Part shown: positions 12,285 to 25,536 of the stretch, piece by piece
How positions within the stretch are numbered: the first letter of the stretch is position 1
Layout of the letters: every line of letters begins with the position of its first letter
NCBI GenBank assembly: GCA_964016885.1
Contig: OZ024741.1
Location: 144,336,001-144,400,000 of the forward strand
Length of the DNA: 64,000 bases
Source of the DNA: Eledone cirrhosa
Taxonomy: Eukaryota
Direction: 5' to 3'
The notes under the pieces: model-generated
The model's database searches: none
Told to the model about the DNA's origin: nothing
Seen by the model: the letters and a program-made list of their open reading frames with translations, nothing else
Translations under genes and position numbers: made by a program

Positions 12285-13761
12285 AATTCAAACAACAAGA
12301 AGTAATAACGGCAGATACAAGCCAGAAGCTCCGAAGAATATGGAGTGTACATATACTAAAGTATTGCAAAAATATATAATAAAAATAATAAAAATATATA
12401 ATGAAAATTACTAAGGATGTATGTGACATTAAGAACCATATTACAAATATAGTCCAAAGCAAAAAAAACCTAGAGCTAGACAAAAGTGGTTATATAGATC
12501 AGGAATCATATATAATATAATGTAATATAAAATAATTATACCTTTACCAACATTAAAGTTACAATGGAAAATCAAAAGGTACATTCTGCATATGTATATA
12601 TGTGCGCACACACACACACACATACACCTACAACAATACACACATCTATCTTCAACCGCACAAATTTAACCTTATCAAGAGTTTGAATATGAAAATGAGC
12701 ATGATAGGAATGAGAATAATAATAATGATAATACAAATACATCTACCCAATATACATGGGGTAATAATATGATATAATTATAAGTAGCATATATAATCAA
12801 TAATAAACAATACAATTATATATTATATAATACAATATAATAGAATGGATAATCTCCGGTTAATTTACACAAACAATATAGATGTTACAATAATAATATA
12901 ATTATAATATAATATAACATACCAAGATGTATAATATACAATATACAACACTTATAATCAACAATATATAAGTTAACAAATCAATTCATATTGGGTTACA
13001 GAGTAGGCGAGGAAAAATAAATAAATTGTACAATATCCCCAAAGGAATTTTGTTGGTACAAAAATACAAAGATCCTACATGATATATAAAGTTTAACATA
13101 TCATAATGTTACATATAATTAACGGTAAGTGATAAGGATCAATATTACAATAAAAAATACAATATAATATAATATATTATATAAAATAAGTTGACATAAT
13201 ATAATATATAATTACTTATAATTACAAGGTTGGTAGACATACATATATATGGATGAGTGAGTAAAAGCCAGACAGTAAATGCAATGCACAATATTAATAA
13301 AATATACGGTATAAAATATAGAATAAATATAGAATAAAATAAAATTTTATTCTATTCTAAATTTTATTTTATTCTATATTTATTCTATATTTTATACTGT
13401 ATATTTTATACTGTATATTTTATACTGTATATATGTGTGCACACATATATACATATGCAGAATGTACCTTTTGATTTTCCATTGTAACTTTAATGTTGGT
13501 AAAGGTATAATTATTTTATATTACATTATATTATATATGATTCCTGATCTATATAACCACTTTTGTCTAGCTCTAGGTTTTTTTTGCTTTGGACTATATT
13601 TGTAATATGGTTCTTAATGTCACATACATCCTTAGTAATTTTCATTATATATTTTTATTATTTTTATTATATATTTTTGCAATACTTTAGTATATGTACA
13701 CTCCATATTCTTCGGAGCTTCTGGCTTGTATCTGCCGTTATTACTTCTTGTTGTTTGAATT

Positions 13762-13799
13762 GCCCTGATGAGTCCTTAATAGGACGAAACATTGTCGGC
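13762..13799 (+). ncRNA. Type I minimal hammerhead ribozyme motif, intact core
   Basis: GCC-CTGATGA-GTCC ttaata GGAC-GAAA-C att G-TC-GGC: canonical core and GUC triplet. Confidence 0.85.
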
Positions 13800-13947
13800 T
13801 AATAAAGACTTTTGATGTATTGAAGGCTTCTTTGTTTTACTCTCTTAATTTTTCGGCTCTGTTTAACTACATTGAGCTATATCCTTTTACTGTCATTTCT
13901 ATAATACGAAGAGGGTGTTTAACTCCAACACGCTCCAGTATTTTAAC

Positions 13948-14026
<79 letters not shown>

Positions 14027-14179
14027 TAGATAGAGAGAGAGAGAAAAGTACACATAGAGATATGTGTTCAATTACAGGGGATTTAAAATTGAACATATAT
14101 CTCTACGTGTACTTCTCTCTATATATGCTGATTTAAAGAGCCCGGAATCTGTTCCTTGAGCTCATTAAATTATAGTGGA

Positions 14180-14365
14180 TGATTGGCAGTATTGGTAGAG
14201 GGTCGGACGCCATGCTTTGACGCATAGAGTTACGGCCCTTGCTATTCTGAGTTCAAATCCCGCCGAGGTTAATTTTGCCTTTCATCCTTACGGGGTCGAT
14301 AAAATAAAGTACCACTAATACACTGGGTAATTGGTGGCCTTGTGCCTAACGTAGAAACCATTACA
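14180..14365 (+). mobile_element. SINE family 1, young-looking copy
   Basis: Near identical to 44237-44420 and similar to 49576-49757; TGGCAGTATTGGT A-box-like and GAGTTCAAATCC B-box-like motifs. Confidence 0.85.
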
Positions 14366-14410
14366 TTTTAGGAGATGATTGTGAGTCTTTAACTCCATTT
14401 TTTTAATTTG

Positions 14411-14451
<41 letters not shown>

Positions 14452-14470
14452 TGTGTCTGTGTGTGTGTGT

Positions 14471-14652
14471 CCCCCGGGTTCAAACGGGGGTAACCACGGT
14501 AAGTAAGGTACAAGATACATAGCAGAGTATACATTTTTAATATAGAAATGGCTTCTACAGGACTAGAACCTTTTCATTCGAAGGAAATCATCAGGGATTT
14601 CCTGCTGATTTTCTTCGAATGAAACAGTTCTTGTCCTGTAGAAGCCATTTTC

Positions 14653-14658
<6 letters not shown>
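14471..14658. mobile_element. Small fold-back element with hammerhead-like cores
   Basis: Imperfect palindrome 14546-14650; minus strand reads CTGATGA-TTTC cttc GAAT-GAAA. Related fragments at ~5825-5875, ~40497-40580 and ~45113-45150. Confidence 0.6.
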
Positions 14659-14713
<55 letters not shown>

Positions 14714-14909
14714 TATATATATGTATACAATACATAAACAGAGAAAGCTTTAAGCGATACTCCGACCAACTCCATCTCACTCAACAAACATTAGGATATA
14801 CCTAAGTATAATCCCAATTTAGTGTTTGGGGTGCTAACTAATCAGTATTGCGTGGATAGCTGGTTGTATTATTTTATATGAGACATTATTAAATAAATAT
14901 CTCTTTCCT

Positions 14910-15033
14910 TCCAGACGGCCGTTTCGTTATAAGATTTCTACAATTTGGGATAAATAATTTCCAGGTTATGTAGAAACTTGTATATAATCCATAGTTTTAT
15001 ACACAAGCGGGCTCTTATAAACTCATCAGTGGA
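14910..15033 (-). ncRNA. Type I hammerhead motif with a large branched stem II, intact core
   Basis: Minus strand: TCCA-CTGATGA-GTTTATAAGA...(78 nt, two hairpins)...TCTTATAAC-GAAA-CGGCCG-TC-TGGA. Confidence 0.8.
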
Positions 15034-15332
15034 TGCCCAAGTAATATCGATATAAGAATTATATCGACATTAATAGAATGGTGATGGTCTCCCTCAGCGC
15101 TAAGAAGAGACTGGTAGATTAGAAAATCCAGCAGTCCCCCCAAAGATAAAATACACGCTGTCCCCAAAAGGGTAAAGGGAGGTCATCTTAAAATAAAACA
15201 ATATACACGCTGGTCATTTAAACCTGTTAGGTATTAACCACGTGTATAAGAACTCAATTGGATATTGAAAGAATAACCATATGTATACACAACCAATGCA
15301 CACATATATATATGTATATATATATATATATG

Positions 15333-15575
15333 TATAGTATATTTGATAATATACTGTATGTTTAATCAAAAACATTTTAAAGACCATTTGCTATGAATTT
15401 TAAAGTAGTGACTAAATCACTTACATATTCTCGGCAAAAACAAAGGGGAGTAATCGACAGACCTGTTACTCGCTCGTTAGCGTTTATCAAGACTACTTAC
15501 CCTTTCATTTCTGCTGAGAATTCTAGAAGCTGGATTCTTATAGAATTCCAGTAATGTTTAAGACCTGATTAAACA
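15333..15575 (-). mobile_element. Diverged homolog of the 11690-11925 element, with a decayed hammerhead at 15450-15496
   Basis: Shares ATTACTGGAATTC.ATAAGAATCCAGCTTCTA and TAGTCACTACTT...ATGGTCTT.AAAATGTTTTT.ATTAAACATAC with the first copy. Confidence 0.75.
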
Positions 15576-16277
15576 GAGCGGTTGCCGGTCCAGCAAAAAG
15601 TAAGTATTAGTATTGATGCTCATCATCACCGTTTAATATATATATATATATATGGTATACATATATATACATAAGGTTGGTTTTTAACGTTGTAATCCTT
15701 ATATATTCTTTCACGAAACAATTACCAATGAGAATGTTATCTAAGAAGAAATGAAATAAGTCATTCAACCACTTGAGAGATGGTCATTATTTTTACTTCA
15801 GTACTTTTTTCTTCTAGTTTGTTTCGTCGCTCTTGTTGTCGTCACCGTCGTCGACATCGTTCCTGTTGTTGTTGCTCTTTCTGTCACCGTTGTCGTCGTC
15901 GTCGTTGTTGTTGTTTCTATTTGCAATTCCTATCGTGGTTCTAGACGTATTGTGTAAACACGTCTAGATGTGTTGTATAATAAACCTCCGCAGGTTGTGT
16001 AGTTCTAGATATATTATGTAAACATTACATTCCTTGCACTTAACTATATATATTAAAGTCATTTCTTTCTTCTTGGTACTGAAAGTGTCTTTACAACAAG
16101 ACTTGATTTGTTTTTGTTTTATTTCTATTTATTTTTTAAATACCAAACTGCCTCAAGTTCTACAATAAAAAAACTATTTACTTTAAAGTATTTACATTTA
16201 TATAAAAAGCTTCCATCACAATTTATCTAAGGGCCTTTGTTAAGTTACGTTCCCAAACCAACTCAATAGTGACTTCT

Positions 16278-16430
16278 GATTTAGGCACTTTATGGAGAGT
16301 AGAAAGTCGATTATACCGACTACAGTACTTTACTAGAACTTTATTTTATGACTATGGAAGGATGAAAGGCAAAATTAACCTCGGCTGGATTTGAACTCAG
16401 AACGTAAAAAGCCAGAACAAATATTGCCAC
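16278..16430 (-). mobile_element. SINE family 1, partial
   Basis: GGATGAAAGGCAAAATTAACCTCGGCTGGATTTGAACTCAGAA is the reverse complement of the family core. Confidence 0.7.
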
Positions 16431-18199
16431 CAACTTAATGGAAATTTTAGTTATATTACTAAATTCCCCCAAATACTTGATTACTTTAAAAAATATTTAG
16501 CAGCGTCTTTTATTAGAATTATAGTAACAAAAGGACTAACATTTTCACATATATTTTAAAATCTTCCATCATAATTTTATGTATGAACTTTTGTTATGTT
16601 CCAAACACCAGATTAATTGACGGTTTTTTTCACTCGCTATATTTAGATCGTGAGATTCTACTTTACTCACACACACACATATATGTATATATATATAAAT
16701 ATATTAGGTATAAACCGAAGTTGTAGCTGCCACACAGAAGGTATTATTTGAGTTGTTTGAGGCAATCACAAAGCACTCAATGGAGCGAAAAGTTAATACA
16801 TTATCGTCCGGAGTAAACACAACAGTTAAACAGTATGACACCAAGAAAAACGACTGAAGGCAGTGGTCATACATATACCACAATAACGATAGAAACAGAA
16901 ACAGATCTCTCATCCGGAAGATTAATTAAATATAGTTTAACAAAGCTAATCGTGTGTACTCTGTCCGCTGGGAATCAAACTCACGAAACCTTTGTTCATT
17001 TTAGTGCATATTGGAATGCAACAAATCAGGAACAGTCAACGACAGGACAAGTTATATCTTTCGGTGAATTACACAAATAAAAACGAAAAAAAGTAAAAAA
17101 GAAGAATTACTACAAACCAAAGTACGCCAACTGAAAGGGAAGGGAAAACGAATGGAAACGTTCCGCAAATGCTTAGTCAAAGGAGAAAGATAGAAAAATA
17201 AGAACGAATATGGACTACAAGACCAGCATATAGATAAAGAGAAATAACACTGAGGAGTAGGAAAAGTAGGAAGGGAAATAGAGGACGACAGACCGGGCGT
17301 ATATATATATATCTTCCTTCTGTTCAGACCCCCTCCGGTGATGAAATACGAAATATCAAACTTTTGAACGGTAACCCAACGCCGTATCGATTTCGCCATC
17401 TAACGCATATTCTTATTCATTATAAACTGGCACAAACTGGTTGAATGAAAGTGGAATAAACAATTAATAAAAATTCCAGGCATTTCACAGTGATTTCAAC
17501 ATATTTTATAGCTACCAGTCTTCAATCTTAACCATAACAATAGAATTTAGCTAGTGGCAACCAAACTATTTTCAAACTTATTTGTTTGTCTTGTCCCAAA
17601 GCTAGTTTATATCAGTTTCACAGTGGTTCTGATATGAATACATAAGACAGACTTTATATTTAATTTTTATTTTATTTCCACTTTAATTTGAAATGTTTAG
17701 CTAGCAAGTGATCAGCTGTCAGGTTTTCCATTGCTTCTCTTTCTTTCCGTCTTGTTTTTCTTTCATATGTTATTATTCTTATGGTCTAGGTGTTGTCTTT
17801 TGTATAGAAACTACTGGAAATATATTCACTGTTCGTAGACCACCATTCATTTTAATTGCTTCATTATCCGTGTGGATACATTGTTTATGAAAACTTGTTA
17901 TCGCATCCATTCATAATATAATTATATTCGTTCGTGATTTGTCGATTACTACAGTCGCCGCGATCGAATGTCTGTGCAATCATATAGAGACACTTAAAGG
18001 GCAAAAGAAATATCTCAACGAAATTTGTATGCAATGGAATATTGATTTCTTATATAAGTACAAGGCTAGAGGGTTTTGGGAAAGGGAAATCGATTATATC
18101 TTGGCTGGTACTTTATTTTATCGCCTCGGAAGGATACAACTCAACCTTGGCGGAATTTTAACTTAGAATTAAAAAAGTTATAACAAATGAAATAATGCA

Positions 18200-18405
18200 A
18201 GATAAAAAGGATTTGTTGGATGGAAAAATAGTGGTATACATATATATTATATTAATAATATGTATAACTCGAAGTTGTAGCCGCAATATAGCATATATAT
18301 ATATATATATATGCTATATTGCGGCTACAACTTCGAGTTAAACATATTATTAATATAATATATATGTATACCACTATTTTTCCATCCAACAAATCCTTTT
18401 TATCT
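18200..18405. repeat. Near-perfect ~206-bp palindrome centred on (TA)n
   Basis: AGATAAAAAGGATTTGTTGG...CAATATAGC(AT)nGCTATATTG...CCAACAAATCCTTTTTATCT with about one mismatch. Confidence 0.9.
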
Positions 18406-18659
18406 ATATATATATATATATATATATATGTTTTGCAAGGCTTTTGATATGAAATCGTGTGTCGAAACAAATATTGTTATATTCGGGGAGGGTCATATTG
18501 TTGTAATATTGCCAGAAATAATAACAGAAATAATAACTGTTTGGTTTGGGTTAGTTTTCGTTTCTGTATCTTTTATATCTCCACAGTTAATTTATTTGGC
18601 AATCAATGTTTATCATTGATTGACCAGCGGTTAGAAATACAGATATAAATATATATATT

Positions 18660-19819
18660 TATAGTCTATCAAACGATATTAATATAGTAATAAGAACACC
18701 CCCACAAGAGAGTACTAATGAACATGAGTTAGAAAATAGTACAATGGAGAGCATCCAGCAGATAGTTAACGCCATACACCAGAGTATAACTGTTGACTAC
18801 CCTTCCAAACACCCTAGCAACGGAACTCTGGATAAACACTATAGACGAGAGGGCCCAAATTCTCCACTCACACTATGCTAAACCCATGGCCTCCAAATAC
18901 CTGATACTAAAAAACTCAGCAATGTCCAATAGTGCTAAGTTTAATATTCTGATCGCAGACTTGGTAAGAGTGATGAAGAATGTGTCCTGCATGTGCGACT
19001 CAACTGAAACGGAAAGACACATCTAACACTTCATCAATCGCATGCAGTTCTCTGGCTACAACCAAAGAGACAGAATCAGAGTAAAGAAAGGAGCCACGGA
19101 GAAATATAAGACCCTCATAGAACTGGAAATGAAAGGAATTTGCCCATTATACAGGAGCAAATAATGGAATAACTTAGATAAGACTAAACATAAGATAGCG
19201 AAAGCCACTTCATGGAACGACAACCAGAGATACCATGTCATGTTCGTGGATGCTACCCCTTGAGGGAAATTAACTAAGCAATGTAGAAAGGCCCTAAGAA
19301 AGATCGATCTAAAGATTAAAGTGGTAGAAAAGCCAGGAACTACCATAAAATCCCTGATCAGCAAGACATACCCCTTTAAGAAATGTGTTATATGTAAAAT
19401 GAACCCTCAGATAAACTGTAAAACTAGAAATGTAGTCTATAGCATAAGATGTACAGAGGGTATTTGCAGAAACATGATAACGACATACATAGGCGTGACA
19501 GCTCGAAGCTTAGGAGAAAGAATAGACCAACATTACGGTAATATAGACAACATAGAAATTAAAATAATATCTAAGCATAGAAATGACTCAACAGGTAGGC
19601 AAATCAGAGAAGCAACTGAGATAGAACAAAGAAGAACGAAAGTTGAACAGAAAGAACGAATGAAATAAATGCAACAACCATACCAAACAATACTGACTTA
19701 AGAGGAATATAAATAAATAAATAAATATCAGGATGGATGCAGTTTCAAAGGCTAGATCCAGACTGTCTGGAACTACCTGTTGAAACGGCAAGACTTCAGC
19801 CGTCGAATCCCGATTCTTT

Positions 19820-19820
<1 letters not shown>
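18660..19820 (+). mobile_element. Penelope-like retroelement, 5'-truncated and decayed (RT thumb plus GIY-YIG endonuclease)
   Basis: ILHSHYAKPMASK...SAM (RT C-terminal region), then CVIC...C..RNVVYSIRC...C...YIGVTARSLGERIDQH (GIY-YIG); several stop codons. Confidence 0.85.
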
Positions 19821-19916
<96 letters not shown>

Positions 19917-19917
<1 letters not shown>

Positions 19918-20569
19918 AATAAAATTAGTCCTTCATCAGTGATCTTCCAACTTCATTGGTATTTCATCGTTTTAAAAATCATATACCTCTGGTTGGTGCG
20001 AGCAATAACTAATAAAGTTATTGGGACAAATAAAATAGGGTGAAGCGAGCGAGACATGTAAACAAACAAAGATGGTATTGCAACGGAAAGATAGGAAGAG
20101 ACAAGTACATGATATCTATAAGCTTAAGCTTGGTGAATTCATGAACGAGAGATACAGACCATCCGACATGGGTGAGATGTGAGCGAGAAAAGGATTTCAC
20201 ACAGGTCGAACGGGAGGAGAGTGAGAGAGGGGGAGAAGCAGAGAGTGAGCGAGTGGAAGTGTGAGGAAGAGGCCAGTCGAGAGAGAGAGAGTGTGAAAGA
20301 CAGAGGGAGTAAAAGAAGGTAAGAGATACAGAGAGAGGGGGGAAGCAGTAAGAAAGAAACAGACAATCGCAGCTGAGGAAAAAATATAAATATGAGAAGA
20401 ATGGAGTGCTGCGTGGTTGCACATGGGTTACATAGGAATAAAATTAGTCCTTCATCAGTGATTTTCCAACCGTCATTGGTATTTCATCGCTTTAAAAATC
20501 ATATACCTCTAGTTGGTGCGAGCAATAGCTAAATAAAGTTATTGGGACAAGTAATATAGCGTGAATCGA
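19917..20569 (+). repeat. ~130-bp direct repeat (19917-20048 and 20436-20569) flanking ~390 bp of GA-rich DNA
   Basis: GAATAAAATTAGTCCTTCATCAGTGAT...AAAGTTATTGGGACAA occurs twice, roughly 90% identical by eye. Confidence 0.85.
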
Positions 20570-20975
20570 ATTTAAAACCCTAACAACCAGGCCACGCGCC
20601 TTCATATGTGTGCGTGAACAGTTCCACTGAACTGGTGCTTATATAATGTTTGCACAGCGTGAAAACTGATCAGCTATGCGTCTTCTTTGGTATTGAACTC
20701 TGACTTATAGAAGTATCCTCCTTATCCCCCTCTTTTTCTCCTCCTCCTCATCCCCCTCATCATCATCATCATCTTCACCCCACCCCCTCCCTCATCCTCC
20801 ATGAATGAATACAGACACACACATGCACATGTATTTTCTAGCTGAAGACTGGACTCAAGAAACGTGAGTAGAATTAATGATATTGAATGCACAAAGAACG
20901 TCACATCAATGTGAAGTTTACCGTTTATAAATGCATCAACTACTATTGTTTAGTATACTATATCTGTATTATATA

Positions 20976-21490
<515 letters not shown>

Positions 21491-21584
21491 CGGAACAAGT
21501 AAACATTAAACAATCTTTTAAATAAATTAAAATACGATTTAAATATTCACCTAACCAAAATGCTTTTACCGACGGTTTCGCTTC

Positions 21585-21630
<46 letters not shown>

Positions 21631-21816
21631 TGCACATATATGTATGTATACATATATATAATTTAAGTTAGGAGAAAACCAATGATTATAATTCAAATCG
21701 TTTTACCAATTTCTACGTACGTTTCGATTTAACAAAATGTAATTGGTAACGATCAAGTGTTATACCCCCTCCTGTTGATCTCTTTTACACACACAAACAT
21801 ATATATATATTCATTC

Positions 21817-21896
<80 letters not shown>

Positions 21897-21997
21897 CTAT
21901 GCCTGTGTAACAGGTATTCGATAAAAACGGAGCAATAATATGTTCCAGACCTGAAAAATACTATTTGTCTATCTATCTAGCCATTCATCTATCTATC

Positions 21998-22112
21998 CTC
22001 GGATTTTTATATAGTTTATTGTTATTTATCATTGTTAAAGATTTTATGTAAAACCCCCACCGTCACGTCTTGTAATGTCCCATTTTTGTGCGCCCCTGTG
22101 GCAAATAAAGAA

Positions 22113-22113
<1 letters not shown>
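21998..22113 (+). mobile_element. 5'-truncated 3' end of a related Tx1 LINE within (TCTA)n, repeated in each unit
   Basis: Ends TGTGGCAAATAAAGAAA-(TCTA)n, like the full element's TATGGTAAATAAAGAAA-(TCTA)n. Confidence 0.65.
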
Positions 22114-22194
<81 letters not shown>

Positions 22195-25100
22195 AATCTA
22201 GCTGTCGTCTGTTCTACAGTGTGGATGTCATTCACTTCGCACAGAAGTTTTGTTCAAATTTATTGAGGAAATGTTGTGAGTTCAAACTTAATTTTGATAC
22301 AATTGTGTAGCTTGACCCTCCGTCTGAACTGTCAGGCGGTGGGTCAGCTCATCTTTACCCCTCCTAGAGGTGAAAAACCTGTTTTAAAAAATTTTGTGTA
22401 AAAAATTTCAATCGTCTAACAGAAATGTTAAACGCAGCGAACGAAAATAGTGGTGGGGGGACAGCGGTAAGAGTTGTAAGCTCGCACGCTTTAGTCCTCC
22501 CTTCCTTCCCAACTAACGTCATAGAGAAGGAAGGAAAAATTAAAATAAAAACAGACGAATCTGCGGAGAAAAAATTAAATGACGAAAACACAAATCTGGA
22601 CTTGGATTCCAACAACGAAAAAAAAAAAATTTGAAAAATTGCATGACAATACTAATAACACAAACAAAGACACAACAAACACAAAAATAACAGTTGAAAA
22701 TAACACCATATCAGAAAACAAAGCAGACGACAAGATTTCATTTGCACAGAAAACAAAGAAATCTTTGACTTATATAGCGGAAAACATTTCAGATGTGGTA
22801 CGAAGGATCACGGACGCCAAACAATACATAAGTGAAGGAGAGAATGGTATTTTATCGGTAAAAATGCCTCAAGAATTCACGAAAGACATTGAAAGCCGAA
22901 CGGTCAAGTTTCGGACCATCAACAACAGTACAAAAAAACCTGAACAGCTTTCTCAAGCAGATATCAAAACAGTACTCACAGAAGTACTCAATGAAACCAC
23001 TTTCATAAGAAAAGACAGACTGTATGGAAGCCTAGCAATTATCATGAAGAACGAATCGGCGGCAAAAAAATGTGCTTTGTCACCGATTCGTTCAAAAAAT
23101 TTCACCTTTTATCCATCTTATATGGGGAAAAGAACTCAACGCATATGGCTGGATGCAATGATGCCAGATGTGGACTACTGCTGGCTCATAGCTGGCTTCA
23201 TCGATCCAGTGAATGACAACGTGATTTCCATTGGGAAAACCACAGGCAATGCGTTCAGTGGAACAGGTATAGAGCTGGTAGTACAAATGAAGCCTGAACG
23301 CATCGCCCAAATACCCGACAGAATCCTATTAGAGGACCACGGGTATATAAACATTAGCGTGGAGGGGAGAAGGCCGTCCTGCCATATCTGTGCAGGCAGA
23401 GGGCACCTGAAGGCCGCTTGTCCCCAACTCAACAAAAAGAAAACCCTGCTACCAACACCAGCTCCACCACCACCACCACAACAGATAAACAAACAACAAA
23501 ACTCAGTCCCACCCAACCCGTCCCTCAGTAAAACCACAACACCACCACAACACAAACAGTCACAACACATTACCCCAAAACAAAATACAGGCCCACCCAA
23601 CCTCTCACTCAATAAAACAACACAACCACCGCAGACACAACACACAACACAGTCTAACATAGTGACATCCATCTCCCCCACAAAGAAAACCAACACGGAA
23701 ACATTACCAGCAAACATACCTCTTCCCTCCAACACTGAAGATAACCCAACGAATTCGGAGGAAGAAACGGAGTCCTTCAGACAGATTAAAAGGAAAAAAA
23801 GAAAACATGTGCAAAACACACAAGGACAAACAACCCCCACCCAAATCTCAACACAATCCAACAAAACAGAAAACACCCCTCCAGCAACAAACAAAACCAA
23901 ACCTGCCCCCTCCCCTCTTCGAAACACTCACACCATCGGAAAAAAAGACATTACACTATACTTACATCAACAGAAACAATAATAAATTAAATGAACTCAT
24001 ATACAATAATCCTTCGGTACAAACCGAAGGTGTAAACTTTGTTTCGTCAGAAAACCACCCACATTTAAAACTAATAAAGATCCCAATGAACCTCTACCAA
24101 AAACTAAAAAAGGATTTTAAGGAGAACGTAGGACCACCCTCTGTCAAACCCATAAACCGCGTCCTACTAAAAAGCTTTCCCCCTCCCCATCCCCTCCCCA
24201 ACACAACTCCAAACACCCCAACCCCACCACACACTGACGACCCCACACCACCACAAGACACCCCCGACCCCATGGAAGTCGTGCAACCCGAACCCCGGGA
24301 AGCGGAAAGGTAGGTCTCTACACTCTCCTTTGGCTCTGCCGCCCACATGGATGTGTTAAGAGTAGGATGTTTGAATGCACGTGGCCTGGGCTCAACTTGG
24401 AAGCAAGCAAAGCTTCTAAATGACCTCAGGTCATGTAGCATAAATGTAATGGTTATCTGTGAGACTCGAATCAGCGTCGTGCGGCAGCTGGCCCCCACCT
24501 TCGATGACTTTGAGGTGCATGCATCTCTCTGTCAACCTGGAGGTGGGGGTGGGGTTGTCGTACTGCTGCAAAAACACCTGGGTCTTGCCGTACAGGTTGT
24601 GCACTCGGACCCGGAGGGTCGTTTGTTGGTGCTAGACGTTGGCAGTAGTGAAAGTGCGGCCTTGAGACTGGTCGCCGTCTACTCCCCTTTCGGAGCTGAA
24701 CGGCCCGACTTCTTCCAGCGTTTGGAGACTTTTCTGGGAACGTCGCGTTCCCTGCTTCTAGCGGGGGATTGGAATGACATCCTGGATGCACGTTGGGACT
24801 ATGCAGGAGCATGTCCTAATAGAGGGGGGTGTAACAGCCTCAAGGGGTTACTCGACCGTTTTAACTTGGTCGATAGATATCGACTAGATTTTCCAACTGT
24901 GCCTACCTGGACTTGGAGAAACCACAGTGGTCAATCTAGATCGTACTTAGATAGATTCTTAGTTAGAAGTAAGGATAGGGACATATTAAGCTGTCCAGAA
25001 ATGCGCACGGTTGGCTACACGGATCACAAATTAGTGACCTGCGTGGTCAATCTCGAGAAAACACATAGACAGGGTCCCGGTTACTGGAAACTTAATTTGT

Positions 25101-25315
25101 CTTTACCGGCAAAAGAGACTTACAGAAACCGGATTAGCAGATTAGTTAAGGAGAGGTTGACGGGTGCAATCGTCAACAACCGATGGTGGGCATCTCTCAA
25201 AAGAGAGATTAGAACAGAATCAATAAGTTATAGCAAGATGTTAGCTGCCGATAGGAATAGAAACGAGAAAGAATTAACAGGTAAATTAGAAGAGGCAATC
25301 AAGAGCGAAGATGTG

Positions 25316-25319
<4 letters not shown>
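22195..25319 (+). mobile_element. Tx1 family A unit 1, 3'-truncated (5'UTR, ORF1, endonuclease only)
   Basis: Matches 33982 onward up to GATGTGGCCA, then runs into (TA)n. Confidence 0.93.
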
Positions 25320-25362
<43 letters not shown>

Positions 25363-25456
25363 CGGAACAAGTAAACATTAAACAATCTTTTAAATAAATT
25401 AAAATACGATTTAAATATTCACCTAACCAAAATGCTTTTACCGACGGTTTCGCTTC

Positions 25457-25536
<80 letters not shown>

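Larger units (their letters stand above)
12198..13950. mobile_element. Non-coding PLE-type fold-back element with ~410-bp inverted arms (12198-12611 and 13435-13848)
   Basis: The ORF track shows the same 79-aa spurious ORF on both strands; one hammerhead per arm; ~100-nt extra tail on the right; (TA)n on both sides. Confidence 0.8.

Noticed and set aside
19930-19945. Minus-strand CTGATGA in the 130-bp direct repeat
   Set aside because: No downstream GAAA core found.
23175-23927. 250-aa Cys/Val/Gly-rich antisense ORF in each array unit
   Set aside because: Shadow of the A/C-rich ORF1 strand; its recurrence is explained by the duplication.
23807-23982. Programmed +1 frameshift near the ORF1 C-terminus, since family A and family B copy 1 both shift at a similar place
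   Set aside because: Family B copy 3 (~63240-63300, minus) has five extra bases (AAAAC) that keep the frame, so the shift in copy 1 is a deletion. The family A units share their shifts by duplication.
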